Shown here piece by piece: positions 26,404 to 42,294 of a stretch of DNA of 64,000 nt. The stretch is from Paraspadella gotoi. Lineage: Eukaryota > Animalia > Chaetognatha. Numbering within the stretch: the first letter of the stretch is position 1; each line of letters begins with the position of its first letter. The stretch covers positions 1,560,234 to 1,624,233 of the forward strand of contig JBJCIZ010000028.1 of assembly GCA_051294375.1 (NCBI GenBank), in the 5' to 3' direction. The position numbers and the translations under genes were made by a program. The notes beneath the pieces were generated by a model that did no database searches, had not been told where the DNA came from, and worked only from the letters and a program-made list of their open reading frames with translations.

Positions 26404-27719
26404 ATAGTTACCGAATGATAATGAAAATAGTGGTAGAATTTCATATTTACAGATATAGAATAGCTACGGCTTTTGGCTAAATATACTAATCTGAAGTTTG
26501 ACAAATATTATAAACTTCCTGCCATTTATTTCATTTCGAAGACCAACAATATTATCTTGTTCGCTTTTATTTTTTCTTTCGAAACTTTGTCTGCTTAAAG
26601 TAATGCTTAAAGTAATGCGTAGTTAAATTCCACTTTAAATTATCAATATTATATAATCAGTATATGCGTCAATTATTTTCTTTCATTTTAAAATTAGTAG
26701 TAATCTCTCGTCTGGTTGATTTTTTTTTTTCAACATATAAATGAATGACCAATAATTTATAAAACTACTAACTTAGCTGCAAATTGTAACAAAAAATTTA
26801 CTATTTCGATCAAAAACGATGAATTTTTAAATAAAAAAAAATATTTCTCGATAATTTTCATATCTGTAATATCAATTAACAATTATCGAAATATTTACAA
26901 GCATACAGTTTTTCTAAACAAAACCGTGACAGTATTATCAATTATCAAATTGGATTTGAAGTACTGTTTTTATCAAATTTTTTTCAGTTAAGACAGAAAT
27001 TTGCTATGACAAAACGTGGTTGTTAGGAAAATTGTCATATCAAAAATGAAACAAAAGTATACAGATGTTAGTTAGAAAAAAGGGCTCAAAATTTAAAGAA
27101 AAAGAAAATTTTTAAACTGATAAAGTTTCCTAAAAAATTATGTTGAAAAAAATTATTTGCATTAATAACAAATCAATACACATATCCCATGTTCAAACCA
27201 ACGTAATTTAACATTCAATTTTCGATACTTCTTGTGAACGTAAGTTGCATAAATTTGTGGCCTTAAGAAGCTTTTTAAAAAGCTTTTTGGAAAGTAAAAT
27301 TAACATACTAAGCATAGTTAACTATGTACATTATGCAAATACACGAAAATAGACAGAACGGAACATTATTCGTGGAAATTTGAACGACGTTCAGGATCCG
27401 AAGGAGCACCGCTTTTTGTTTTTAAGAAATACGAAAATCTTCGGATTTAAAATTTGCGTCAGAACATTAATTAGTAGTTAAGATAATAATACGTTTCCTA
27501 CAAATAAAAACAAACTTAATTATTAAATAGGGTTTGTCACATTAAAAAAAAACACCTTAAAAACAAAAGGCACCGGCCTCCCCAAAAAAAAATCCCAATC
27601 AACCACGAGGTTAATTTGTTAAAGTTTTTTTTTCACGAAGACTTCATCTCACCGACCACTTTTTTTTTTCAATTAATTTTTTTTCAGTCAGGGATCAATT
27701 TGGGGATCAATTATGGGGA

Positions 27720-28598
27720 TCAAGATCTCGACCTGGATCTGGATTCGGATTTAGATCTAGATCGTGATTTCCTTTCTTCGTTGGCCGGCGACGGGGATCT
27801 CTTGGGCGATTTGGATTTGGATCTGGATTTGGACCTAGATTTGGATTTGGATCCAGATTTGGATCGTTTCTCGGCGGAATTGGATCTGGATCCGGCCGGG
27901 CTACGATCCCTCGATTCTTTCCGGCCGTTGACCTTCGCTCCAGCCCTTGATCCGGATCGGCTGCGGCTCCTCGACCGGCTTCTGGAGCGAGAGCGTCTTC
28001 TCCCACGGCTCCTCGAGCGGCTGCGGGAGCGACTCCTAGAGCGGTCACGCCCGCTCCTACCAGAGGTGCGATCGTCCTTTGTAAGACGGATTCGGCGTCC
28101 GTTGAGCTCCTGCCCATCCAATTCATCCAGCGCCCTCTCCATGTCGTCTCTGGAACTGTACTCAACAACGCCCTCTCCATTACGGTCACGATGGGCGTCG
28201 CTGAAGGTGACGTCTCCCGCTTTGCGCATGAAGTCCTTCAAGTCCTGCCACGAGACGCTCGACGACAGATTCTCCACGATGATGCGGTAGTCGGTCCTGA
28301 CCGGCGGACCGCGCCGGACCGGCGATCGTCGATAACCGACGCTTCGTCCTCCGGCGCCGCGACGCCCGGTTGCGCCGGGACGCCGGGCGAATTCGATGCC
28401 GAGACGCTCGCCTTGAAGACTCTTTCCGTCGAGGTCTTTGACGGCGTCTTCGGCGTCGCGAACGTCCTCGAATTCCACGAAACCGAATCGACCCTTGATG
28501 ACGATGTCGCGGATTCGTCCGTAGCCGTCGAAGAATCGCTCGAGGTCGTCCTCTCGGATGCGGGAGGAGAGCCCGCCGACGAAGACTCGGGTGCCCAT
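27720..28598 (-). CDS. SRSF6: serine/arginine-rich splicing factor, SRSF4/5/6 (B52/SRp55) family, intronless CDS
   Basis: RRM1 ([16 protein letters not shown]-like), pseudo-RRM2 with SWQDLKD, long RS tail; 292 aa uninterrupted ORF. The symbol denotes the SRSF4/5/6 co-orthologue group. Confidence 0.93.
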   Translation of the reverse strand: MGTRVFVGGLSSRIREDDLERFFDGYGRIRDIVIKGRFGFVEFEDVRDAEDAVKDLDGKSLQGERLGIEFARRPGATGRRGAGGRSVGYRRSPVRRGPPVRTDYRIIVENLSSSVSWQDLKDFMRKAGDVTFSDAHRDRNGEGVVEYSSRDDMERALDELDGQELNGRRIRLTKDDRTSGRSGRDRSRSRSRSRSRSRGRRRSRSRSRSRSRSRSGSRAGAKVNGRKESRDRSPAGSRSNSAEKRSKSGSKSKSRSKSRSKSKSPKRSPSPANEERKSRSRSKSESRSRSRS

Positions 28599-29030
28599 GA
28601 CGAGTAGAGAGAGTTGTTAAAATTGGAGAAGTTTTTAGTTTATTTTCTACGCAAATATTTTAGGCTTTTTTTTTTTTTTTACCGAAATTCGTGTTTCACA
28701 CTTTGTCGTTTTTTTTAAAAAAAGCAGTTCGGTGTGGCGAATGTCGACTTATCTTTCTTTATTAAAGCGAATATAAGATTAAGGGAAGCCGAGGTTTTTG
28801 TTATCAAAAACAAGAGATTCAATTGTTTTGTCTCTTGTCTTTATTTAAAGAAACAATGCGGGTCCGAAACTGTTTCTGTTTCGTGGCTTCAAAGTTTTCG
28901 GCTTCGCTTTTTCCCTCCAAAAATCCCAAGAGCGAAATTCACGCGGAATAAAAGAAAAACGAGGAAGAATTAATAACAAAAAGAGAGAGAAATGATGAAG
29001 ATTTCAACGAGGCCCCGCGGTACGAAAAAC

Positions 29031-29157
29031 GCTCGATCGGGGCCCATTATAAACCAATGGAAAAAAATACCGGGTAAACAGATATTAAGAATCGAGGATC
29101 TCCGAGCTCGATCGGGGCCGCCTTAGAAAATGACAATAGCGGCGCTCGATCGGGGCC
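29031..29157. promoter_or_regulatory. three copies of a 14-bp motif GCTCGATCGGGGCC upstream of the SR gene
   Basis: Exact copies at 29031, 29106 and 29144 in a CpG-rich patch 430-560 bp upstream of the ATG; function inferred only from position. Confidence 0.4.
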
Positions 29158-30190
29158 TTGAATGGGATTGTGCAATAACATGAGGGTCGCGTCGTTTGGT
29201 GACCGATGGCGGCCAGCTTTGAATAGGGTCTTTGCTTTAAACAATTGCATTTAAATTAACAATATTTTAGAAACTTTGAATAAGTCTCGGGGAGAGGAAG
29301 GAAAGGGCATAGCCCAGATTCACTCCGCATAGAAATATCCATCACTCAGTTCAGGCTCAGCGGTTAAAGATGTTCTTGAGGGTCATCTTCAGCCCAGTTA
29401 GCGCCTTCACCACACTGGTAAATTTAGAGTTAGATTTTGAATGAATTCATTTTCCTCATATTCTTAATATTTAACAATAAATAAGAAATTTTTAAAAGTG
29501 GATTCTGATAAAGATTAAAAAGTCAGATAAAGGTTAGCATTATAAATTTTAAGAATTTTAGTGATAAATGGGTTAAAATTAGAAAAATCTTTAACAAATT
29601 ATTATCATCATCGTCATCATTCAATAAATTGGATATTTTTTTATTAATTTTCATAGACAAATCATTAAAATTTCAAAAAGTTGTAATACACTGCGACGCA
29701 AAAAAAAGTAGCCACTTGTTAGCTTTAAATACCCTACTATTTCCTTAACTGGAAGCAGAGTAGGTTGAATTACTAATGAAATATTAAGTCATTTAAATTA
29801 ATGCATGGCAGACTAGTAAGATATCAGTAAACGATTCCAGTGTGTGTGTTTCATACTTGTGTAGTAGCGTTTTTACATTTATTTTTTACCGGAATTTTTC
29901 CCAAGAATGTTTATAAAGTTTGCTAGTGAAAAAATATTCCTTAACTTCTAAGAGCGAGGCAGACTCCTATTGAGTTTCTTCGCGATTAACAAGAAAGGAA
30001 AAGACGATAAAATTATTTAAAAAAAAGTTTTTATTTCTATTCGCATTTAACAAACGAATAAATGTTTACGTTGACAGAACAAACTTTTTTTTTCCAAATC
30101 TTATTTTCTGACAAAAGACAAATTTACTCCATCAAAAGTTTCTTTGTCCATCAACGAATCTTTATTTCTTCGTCGGACGAGAATCCATGT

Positions 30191-32649
<2,459 letters not shown>

Positions 32650-33309
32650 CGTCGTCGTCGTCGTCGTCGTTCTGCTTCTTTTTTTTTCTGCTTTCTTCAG
32701 TTTTTAATATTTCATTATCCAAATTTTAGTTTTTTAATTTTTTTTAAGTATTTGTTTAAACTTTTTCGTGGTAAAGAAGTTTTTTATTAGCGTTTTTTTT
32801 CCGAATGGCGGATCGGGTCTTTTTTGATCAGACTGACCGTCCCACTTTTAAATCTTTACCAATTTATTATTATTATTAAATTTAGTAGAGAAAAACATTT
32901 ATTGTCACAACGAATTTTTATTCGTATTTAAAACAGACATGTTTTATTCGCAATATCATTATGTAATGTATGTATTTGAGTGTACAGGGCACATACTTGA
33001 CATATTCTATCAAGAAATAAGAATATTTTTTTTAATCTTAATTATCAGTTTTTATTTACGAAACAAAGTAAACAGGATTATGGTAACAAAAACTTTTACA
33101 AGGCCACAAAATTATCACGTCTCAACTAATTATGAACCATTGGTTTATTTAGCTATCAACCGCTTATTTCTCTAAGATAGTTTCTGTATTAAATCTTTCT
33201 TGACTAAATAGATACTTAAAAGCATTAATATGTCTTTTGGCCAGAGTTAGCTTTTCTCTATCAGCTCTCTCTCAACCCTCTTTCTTCAATCTCTAACTTT
33301 CCTCTTTCT

Positions 33310-34082
33310 TTAAAACCCCCACGTAGTCAGGAGCAGCGCCAATGACTGGATCAGACCCACGGCCCCGCCCACTTTCGGTAAATTCTTGGCGCCGCTCGAA
33401 GAGACCGCTCCGCCGCCATTTTGACAAGGATCTCCGACCCATTTGGCTTCGGACACAAGGACACCTGCTTTCTTGAGTTTGACCAAGTCGCAATTGCATC
33501 CATCGAAGCAGACCTGGGATTTGATGCCTGTGAGTGAGAGAGGGAGAGTGAGTGGGAGAGACAGAGAGAGAGAGGGAGAAAGAGAGAAGAAGAGATTAAG
33601 AGTAGATCACGCCAGATAGAGACAGATAAAAAGAGACAGACATAGAGAGAGACAGCGAGACTGAGAGAGACGGAGAAAGAAAAAGAGAGAAAGCGAAAAT
33701 AAAGAAACAAAGGAGACACACACAGAGAGAGAGAGAGAGAAAGACAAGTAAAAAGATAAAGAAATAGAAAGAGAGAGTCAGACAGAGAGTGAGATAGAAA
33801 GACGAAGAGGTAAAGGAACCAAGAGAGAGACGGAGACAGCTCCATCCCCCAATCTCACGAACCAGTGATGTCTCACAAGCCCGGTTCTCACCGTTAAAAA
33901 AGGTGAGGTGACAGCAACCGGTCGACTGAACGTGTTCCCACGCTAGCTTCTCCGTCTCTCCAGGCATCAAAACTGTGAGGAGTCCTTGTGAACGACAGAA
34001 TTCAGCTGTGCGACAAGAGCCTACTCGTTCTGGGAGTGGAGAGAGAGAGGGAGAGAGGTAGAACGAGGGAGGGAGAGAGAGA

Positions 34083-34126
<44 letters not shown>

Positions 34127-36345
34127 GGGAGGAATATCACAGATAATGAAGAGATATTAAGATTTGTTTCTAAAGCTTGTAAGAGAGAGAGAGAGAGAGA
34201 GGGAGAGGGAAAAGACAGTTGTCAGTCTCTTTCTGGATAACTGTTCCAAATTCATAATAACATTTTTTTTTCAAGTCAGGCATGGTAAAATATTTTTTTC
34301 GTGAAACATGTCAACTCTTTTTTTGAATTTTTTTTAAACAATATTTTCCGGCGATGTGTTGTCCTCGTAAAGTTCGTTTGTTCGTTTGTAATTCATTTAT
34401 AAAAAGATGACCAATAAATATTTAGGAACGAAGAAGCCGATTCCTACCCATTCCTCCATCTTCACATTTGGCCGAAGTGACGGTCCGATTTTTCACAATG
34501 AGATCCAAGTTCGGGGCATTGCAACTCGGACACCAAAGACACACGTTCTGCTGGGATCCATCTGGTTGAGGAATTAAATATTGAAATTCAAACTGAATTC
34601 CGGTATAGAAGAAAAAGAAATGGGGCGCTCTGGGAAAAGAGAACTCATTTTTTTTTCCGGCGGAATCTTCCAAAGATTAAAAACGATATTAACCTTTGGC
34701 AGTTAAAAATAAATGCAGTATTAGTTTTATCATCGTACCTTTACTTCGATAATAGTTAATAATAGCTCAGCACTTTTTTTCACATTTTTTAAGACTTAAT
34801 GTTTTTGGATTAAGACTTGGGATTTTTTACCGGCTATGATTTTATCTATCTTCAGGTCAACACCCATGGAAAAATCGAAAGAATTAGACCAATTATTTAA
34901 TTATCTAAACTAAACGACAAGCGACGCACCGTCGTAAGCCACTGAGCAGCAGCCATTGACGTCTTGTCCGACCAACTTCGTCTCGTTGTCAAAAGCGACG
35001 TCGACCGGAGAATGAGAATTGCACCAAGAGTCCGTGGAGCAATTGTTGGGGCTTTCGCCATCAAAGGGAAGAGGGGTCGTTCTGAGGGGGAAGTGGAAAA
35101 AGATGGAAACCTTAAAAAGTATCTGAGGGGGAAGTGGAAAAAGATGGAAACCTTAAAAAGTATCTCGTGGATTGACTATGGAAAGATAGAGACGAGAATG
35201 ACGACGAAAATGATGACGATGATAAAAACAATGAGGTAGACGACGACAAAGAAGTCGACATAAACGACGACGACGAATTGTTATTTGTAGTTAACTGTTA
35301 AGGCAGTATAAAATGGTAATCATATCAGTCTTATCCTTGAGGGTAAAAAAAAAATAACATGTAACCTTGGTTCGCCGCCAAAAAAATAATCATTTCCACC
35401 CCTTTCTGTTCAGCCTCTTCGTCTTAGATATTTAGATATTTATTTTATCATATTATGATTTTTAATTAATGACTTTCTAACAGGAATGATGTATGATAAG
35501 ACTTATCATAAGTATAAGAAAACAGATGCTCCCTCTATTACCAGAAGACAACACTGACCTCCCCATCCCAAAGACAAGAAAAAAAATATTATGGGAATAG
35601 CCGGCTGAGCCCGCTGAGTATGCGCCATTTGGGATGGGGCAGTCTCACTGTTGTGCTGTTGGGCGCTTCCGACCCTCAGTGACGCCTCCAGTCACTGGCG
35701 CGGTTACCGTAGGACGGTTCGCTTTGCCAAGAGGGAAGTCGTTAAGACTGTGGAGGTGGAATGAACACAACGCCTGGGATAGTGTTGTTCCGCACTCTGA
35801 GCCAATGGGATTGGCTGAACGCATGGTGGACGTGAGGCGGTGTGAATATACCGCCACAGTATATTATATAATTAAATAGGGTCAGTTTTACTTTCGCCGA
35901 CCGGGGTTAGAGGGGGGTTAGGGTTAATAGTTAGGTTTAAGTTAGGGTTAATAGTGGTTTAAGTTTGGTTTAGGGTTAGGGGTCGTTTTGGTTAAGAGGG
36001 TTTAGGGTTATGGTAATTAGCTAATAATTTTTTTTTAATGGGTTTTAAATTGTTTTTCAAAAGAAACCCCGGTCGGCAAGAATAAAATTTTACCATTAAA
36101 TATTATAAATTAAACATTAAAGCCTTAAATATTAATATTATAATATATACAAAAATATAAAAGAAAATTGAAATATTATCATCAATAATTATCCCACTCT
36201 AAACCTTTATCAACCCCTTGATAGTATACCCGTTCAAATTGGAAAAATTAAATCGGGTGGAAATCGGGAGCGAGGTCGTGCTCTGGCCCAAGGCGCCGCC
36301 ATTTTGGATGAGGAAGAGGAAGGAAGCGATGAGAGGCGTCACCAT
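33310..36345 (-). CDS. secreted two-domain Cys-rich, putatively GPI-anchored protein, paralog 2 (exons ~36230-36345, 34930-35081, 34448-34666, 33892-34029, 33310-33527)
   Basis: MVTPLIASFLFLIQNGGALG signal; CSTDSWC..NGCC..CLWCPSC..AKC; CRTAEFC..TGCC..CFDGCNC..GDPC; tail VGLIQSLALLLTTWGF*. The acceptor of exon 3 is uncertain. Confidence 0.75.
35590..35858 (-). mobile_element. tRNA-head/twister element, copy 4 (ribozyme region 35640-35750)
   Basis: TGTGGCGG... start and ...CCCATA end, flanks ATAT/GTAT; A-box TGGCTCAGAGTG and B-box-like GTGTTCATTCC; P5 CAGTCT/AGACTG, GCG-AA-CCG(T1)-TCCTACGG-TAA-CCGC-GC, P3 CAGTGAC/GTCACTG, P4 GGG[TCGGAAGC]gCCC. The catalytic GA register is ambiguous. Confidence 0.75.
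35880..36094. mobile_element. MITE with ~28-bp TIRs and internal TTAGGG-like repeats
   Basis: GGTCAGTTTTACTTTCGCCGACCGGGGTT ... AACCCCGGTCGGCAAGAATAAAATTTTACC; the interior has several GGTTAG(G) units. Confidence 0.7.
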
Positions 36346-36891
36346 CGTCGCCAGGCTTCGTCGTCGTCGCCTTCCTCGAGGTAGGCCTTATTTTCACAAA
36401 ACGCCCAATTTCATCTTTAGATTTGAAACTAAGTAAATTGTTTGATTTTAAAATTTAGGTAATTTTAAAATTAGTGTTATTGTCTAAAGTTAAAGATTAA
36501 GAGGTTATATGTTTGATATTAGATGTAGGTTATATTTTAAGATTACAAATGTAATTTAAGAATTTTTAGGAACAGAAATAGGGCGCTTTTCGAGAAGAGA
36601 GCCTTTTACGACCGGATTCGTCTCTCGCGCCGTTTCTTCTTCTCTTTTTTTTCCTTTATTTTATTCTATGTTGTATAATTTAATCTTTTCTCTTTCTTGT
36701 ATCCATTTAATTTGATGAATATCCTTCTTTCAATTTTCTTTTCTTCTTAAATACTTCGGCATTTCATCCTTAAAATGGTTTTTTTCAACCTTAAAGTTTG
36801 ACAGGTTTTTTTTCCCCTTTTTTTTGTTGTTAAAGAGGCGAAGCTGAGGAAGGAACGATTCTGCACGAAGCGGCAGCGGATTAATAATATT

Positions 36892-36933
<42 letters not shown>

Positions 36934-37139
36934 TGCTTTAACTAGTGTACTGTACTGTACATACCCGATTCACTAAAATTATCCAAAATTATTATACGGT
37001 CTGTCGGTTATTTTCCTCCCTCAATAAAAACCCCCATCTATAATAATTCATATTTCTTCTCTCAGGTCATTATCAAATTTTATATGAGGTTTAGGAAAAG
37101 ATTCATTATCGTTTAATGCTCAGCAAGAGATTGTCACCG

Positions 37140-37440
37140 ATATTCAACCAATTTTTTCTACAAAAGCAAAAATTGTGTGTGGGTAGGAACTTAGGAAAGG
37201 GTGTGATTGAGCTGGATATAAAGTTTCGATGGAATCGGTGGTGGAATTGAGTTTAAATGGAAAAAAACAAGTCATATTTACTTATTTTTACTTATTTTTA
37301 CTTATATTCACTCATAATAATTATATTTATTAAAAACTGGATAAATAAATTGAAATGAAATTTTGTGAGTGGGTAGGAAAGTATGTGATTAAGCTGGATA
37401 TTAAATTTTGATAGAATCGTAGGAGTGGAAAACCAAAAGG
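37140..37440. repeat. ~190-bp repeat units, inverted relative to the array at 44890-45690
   Basis: TGTGTGGGTAGGAA..GTGTGATTGAGCTGGATAT..TTTCGATGGAATCG..GTGGAA motif twice here, with a degenerate copy at ~42600-42720. Confidence 0.65.
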
Positions 37441-37486
37441 CACATTTATTTGAATTTTTTAAAGTTTCTCTCTCTCTATCTCTCTG

Positions 37487-37647
37487 TTGACCAAATTATG
37501 CCTGTTGACAAATTATGCCAGTTGACCAAATTATGCCGGTGGACCAAATTATGCCGGTTGAACAAATTATACCAGTTGACCAAATTATGCCAGTTGACCA
37601 NNNNNNNNNNGTTGACCAAATTATGCCAGTTGACCAAATTATGCCAG
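37487..37647. repeat. 18-bp minisatellite (GTTGACCAAATTATGCCA)n spanning an N gap
   Basis: At least 8 visible near-identical units with no spacers. Confidence 0.92.
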
Positions 37648-37909
37648 ACTTTTGCTGATTGTAAATATCGTCATTATTTGTGGAATATAAATCAAGGTAA
37701 TGGGACTTATCACGCAAATAATGACATATTGAAATAAAGTAATTATTGTTTTACACAGACAGAGAGACGACGTTATATTATGAATCGAGAATTGATATTG
37801 AATAAGGAAAGGCAAAGTACCAAATAAGAGAGACAGATATAGTAAGAAATAGAGAGAGATATTGATATTGAAAAGCGAAATTGCGAGATTTAGGCTAGTA
37901 CTTTAAACT

Positions 37910-37953
<44 letters not shown>

Positions 37954-38171
37954 AAGGGAGAGATAGAGAGAGAGAAATAAACTTTATCATAGTACCCAAC
38001 AGGTTGAGCAGGTTGAAAACTAGAAGTTCTCTCAAATAGATAATGGTTAAGTGACTGTTAGAGAATATGAAAATGAAAATAATATTTAAAATTACCTTTC
38101 TGATAAGCGCACGGAAGCATTTAAAGATTATTTTATTGTGTATAGACTTTCGATTTCGTTGTTTATGGGCA

Positions 38172-38225
38172 TTGATCATCACTGATGAAGACTCTAAAAA
38201 TACAGAGTCGAAACATGTCTGTCAA
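38172..38225 (+). ncRNA. minimal type I hammerhead ribozyme (Penelope-like-element type)
   Basis: ttga-tcat-ca-CTGATGA-a-GACTCT-aaaaatac-AGAGTC-GAAAC-AT-GTC-tg-tcaa: intact core, 6-bp stem II, palindromic ACATGT stem III, short bulged stem I; cleavage predicted after GTC at 38219. Confidence 0.85.
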
Positions 38226-39292
38226 ATTGTCACTAAAATTCGTTGTCAAAACAAATAAAAATTGTTTTTCTCCTAAAGATTATTTTAATACTATATAAAG
38301 TTTAAATTTTGTTTTAAATTTAAAAAAAAATTTTTAATAGACTCTGATAGAGCTTTAAAAGTTAGATAAAGGTTATTAATACAACTTTTAAAAAATGTTT
38401 TATTTATGAAAATTTTAAAAAACTATAAAATTCAGCCAATAATGATGATGATGATTATTTTTTTAAGGTTTTTTCTATTTTTAACCAATTTATTGTCAAA
38501 ATATTAAAAATTTGTAGTACTTACTTTAATTTAACTTTTTTAGTTCTATAGGAATCCGTTCTTAAAAAATATAATTAAAAAAAAAGTTTATCATAAGGCG
38601 ACTTATACTTTTACTTACTTAAAAGCTTCAGTGCAACAACCCAACGAACTAATTCAAAAAGTTGCATTGAAAATCGATTTAGTAGTAGAAGGAAAAAAAA
38701 TTTTTGGAGAGAACTAAAGTTATAAAAAGTGTTCAATTTTGGCCCGCCTTGGACTACCCATCCTTGCGACGTTGATGAACTAAAACTATCCAAATACTAT
38801 ATAAAATTTAAAAAAACAACTATAATTTCTAACTGATTTATTGGTCCGTAATATCATTTCAAGAAAAATTTATCGAGAAATCCATTGATAAAAAAAAAGT
38901 TTGTCTTAATCTTTAATTATTACTTATCTACAGTCAAGAAACTTTTCTGTCCACAATCCCACAAATCTCACTGCCACGGACTCCTAAAAACCCGGCCTTA
39001 TGTCAAGGGTTAGGGTTAAGGATTATGTTAAAGATTAGGTAAGTGATTATAATTAAAGACTTGGTTTGTAATTTAGGTTAAAAATTATTATTTACTAATT
39101 TAGGGTTAAAGGTTATAACGTTAAGTTTCGAAATCAAGGATAAGGATTTGAGGTTATTTTTCAGGATTAGATTAGTGTTAAGGATTAGGGATTAGTTATT
39201 AAGTTCAAAAATATAAACGGGGGACTCTCGGAAAAGAGAGCCAAAATCATTATTTCATCCAGACCCAATTTATTCCATGACAGATCATTCTT

Positions 39293-42200
39293 TCAAAATT
39301 CCCTCAGCGTCTTCGACAAAAACTTTGCCAACGTGGAGATCAGAACAAAGGCCACGTCCACTCGCGGTCGTTCGACGCCAGCAGCGTCGTCCCCAATGCC
39401 GCCGCCAACGTCGCCTCCGCCGCTAACATTCTGAGCCGCGCAGGGATCCCCATTCCAACTGACTTCTTTGACAGCGAGATTTTTTACTTTTAAGAAATCC
39501 AGATTGCACTTGCAACCGTCAAAGCAGATACCTCCTGACATGCCTAGAATAAAAATTTTTGACTTAAAAATTCAGAGGATTATTTTATATATTCTTATAC
39601 CGGCCGATGTAGAATGACGGGAGTATTCTTAATATTAAGTTCCATGAATATCACCGTGTACATAAAAATTTAAAAAAATATTTAAAAAAAATCCCCTCCT
39701 TCAAAAAAAGGAGTATAATTTGAGGCGCATTGTAAATCGCTAAAGCGATGCTTGTCAGTATAACAGACAATCAATCTCCGTAATCAATTAACCTAAATTA
39801 TGTCTTACCATTTTCCAAGGTCATGTTACAGCATCCGGTTGGTTTGAGTCCGATCCACGTCAGCGTCGTCTCTCCGTCGCTGATTTCTGTTTGAATGCCG
39901 CCCAATCCTTTGCAGAATTCCGGCGTTCGACAATTTGACGGCTCCTCTGTCACTTCCCATTGCGATTCTAGGAAATAATAGAGGCCATGAGTTTTTCAAA
40001 ACACCTCAGTTCGTGTAAAATTTAGAATAAATAGAATTCACTTTGTCAGTCTGTCGGTCGCCACCCCATAACAGACTCTCAAAGTGAACCAGTGGCGGCG
40101 CCAATACATGTATACTAAGGCGGAACAAAGTAAAAACTAAGAGTTCTGTAATATAAATAACGTTAGAGCATCTCTGTGGGATGACAAAATTAAAAAATAA
40201 TTTAAGATTTTATATATAGTTAATAACATAGAAGCAAGTAAAGTTAATTGTATTACTATAAATCATGAATTTTTTTTTCAAAATCAGAATTTTTAAAAAC
40301 GGATTTGGGTAGAGATTGAAAAAAAAATATTGCTTAAAATTAGCAAAAACTATAAAAATTATGGTAAGTCGATGCTGACGATGATTTTAAAAAGTTTTTC
40401 CATTATTTGACCAACTTTTCATCGAATTATTGGAAAACGCATTATACTTTCTGTAGACAACTTTTTATGGGCTATCTGATTCCGTTCTTAAAAAATAAAA
40501 TAAAAAAAAAAAATTTTTATTGCCTATGCATTGATAAATATTTAAATGCTTCAATGTTATACTGTGCTTCACTAGTTAAAAAAGTGATAGTAAATATTGA
40601 TTAAGTATATGATGGACAAATGAATTTTATATTACAGAACTCTTAATGATAAAAAGTGATCAATTTTGGCCCGCCTTAATGTATACAAAGTATACATGTA
40701 TACAATGTATACATACTATTTTGTGTAAAGCAATGTTAGTGAAGATCGAGTGGGTGCAGACAGAAGAGAAAATTTCTATAGAAAGTAAAGGGAAAATGCT
40801 CAATGCACATTGTGCATTGCACAATGCTCAGGGATAATTGCTCATAGTAGAGAAAGTAAGAGACAAATCCTAGAAGGAGAGAAGAAAAAGTTAAGTAACT
40901 AGAAAAAGCGATTTACCAAAAAAAAAAAAAAAAAATAAATGGCTAAAGCGATTTACAATTATAGACCTGTATTGCTAATAGAGGCAAGTAGCAGAGATAC
41001 AATTCATGCAAGCTTTGTGGGGGACAATAAAGCAATAAAGCAAAACAAATCTGTATTAAGCTTAATCACCTATTGACTCGCTTTTTCTTTCGCCATTGTT
41101 TCCTTCTTGGCTTTGGCAAGGGTCACCTACCCAAAGCGCTTCGACCACATATGCCAGTCCTTGATCCACCAGTTTATCCGCAACGCAATCACAACCGTTT
41201 AAACAAATATTTAAAGTTTCTCCTGGATATATAAAGAAAAAAAACTTGGATAACTAAGTGTGTAGAATTCGATGACTCTTTCTTTAATCTTTAATTAAAA
41301 ATAAGATAAAAGAGTTGGCATGGAGATACGAACCCGTGTTCATTGCGTCAGCTTCAGAGACTGAACTATTCCAATTTGCTATTTTTTAGCATGTTAGTTA
41401 AACAAATGAACACCGTCAATCAACTCTTACACTTATAGTTACAGTTTGAACTAGGAGTAGTGTTGTGGTTACTATAGCAGTAACTTACCAAACTAATTTC
41501 TTTGTCTCTTCACGAAGACTTTTTATTGTTAACAACTAGTTAATCTGGTTTTATTTGGTTCCATATCGTTTATTACCTTATATTATTGTTAATGTTTTAC
41601 TTGATCATTTTGTTTTTACATATAGATATTGTAATTGCTTGCTGGTAAAAGCAGTTGTATATCTCAATGCTATGATTATTTTTTTAATGTACTTATTTTA
41701 AGCTGAACAAAATAAAACTTTGTTCTTGGAAACTTTTAATGTAGCAAATCAAGCTACTTTCAAACTAACAACGCATGTCAAAGAAGCGGAAGTGCTACGC
41801 CAACTTCGTCCATACAAGCAGCGCCAAACTTATTGTAACAACCAGGATTGATCAACCAAATTTAATTTAATTCAAAGTTGTTTTTTTTTTCTTCAAAAAT
41901 CACAGACCTGGATCCATTTCCATTTCATGGTACTTGCAGCAGCCGGTAGAGACGAATGGACCCCAAGTAATTCTTTCACCATTATTAAGATCTACATAAT
42001 TTTCAATAGTTCCCTTTTCCTTACAAAAACCCGCCGTTTCACACGTTATGGCTGAAGAAGAACAAAAGAACAATTGAATAAAAGAGCAACAGAAGGTAAA
42101 TGGGGGAGAGAGAGAGGCATAGCATTTTCTCAGAGAAAGAGAGAGAGAGAGTCTCTCCAATGTCAGGCCTCGCGAGGGAAATTTTAAAACTGACTTGTTT

Positions 42201-42294
42201 GAGCTTCATGAAAATTGACGATGAAGATGAAGAAGAGAAATGACCAAGTGATCGGTCCATGGTTCGTCGTCGTCGTCGTCGTCGTCGTCATCAT
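39293..42294 (-). CDS. secreted two-domain Cys-rich, putatively GPI-anchored protein, paralog 3 (exons ~42195-42294, 41928-42051, 41070-41223, 39809-39967, 39293-39543)
   Basis: Signal ...ITWSFLFFIFIVNFHEAQT; CETAGFC..TGCC..CLNGCDC..GDPC; CRTPEFC..TGCC..CFDGCKC..GDPC; tail GVERPRVDVAFVLISTLAKFL; phase-1 introns. Confidence 0.75.

Noticed and set aside
37487-37647. CRISPR-like array
   Set aside because: Contiguous 18-bp units with no unique spacers, eukaryotic context and no cas genes; it is a minisatellite. The same applies to 59478-59700.
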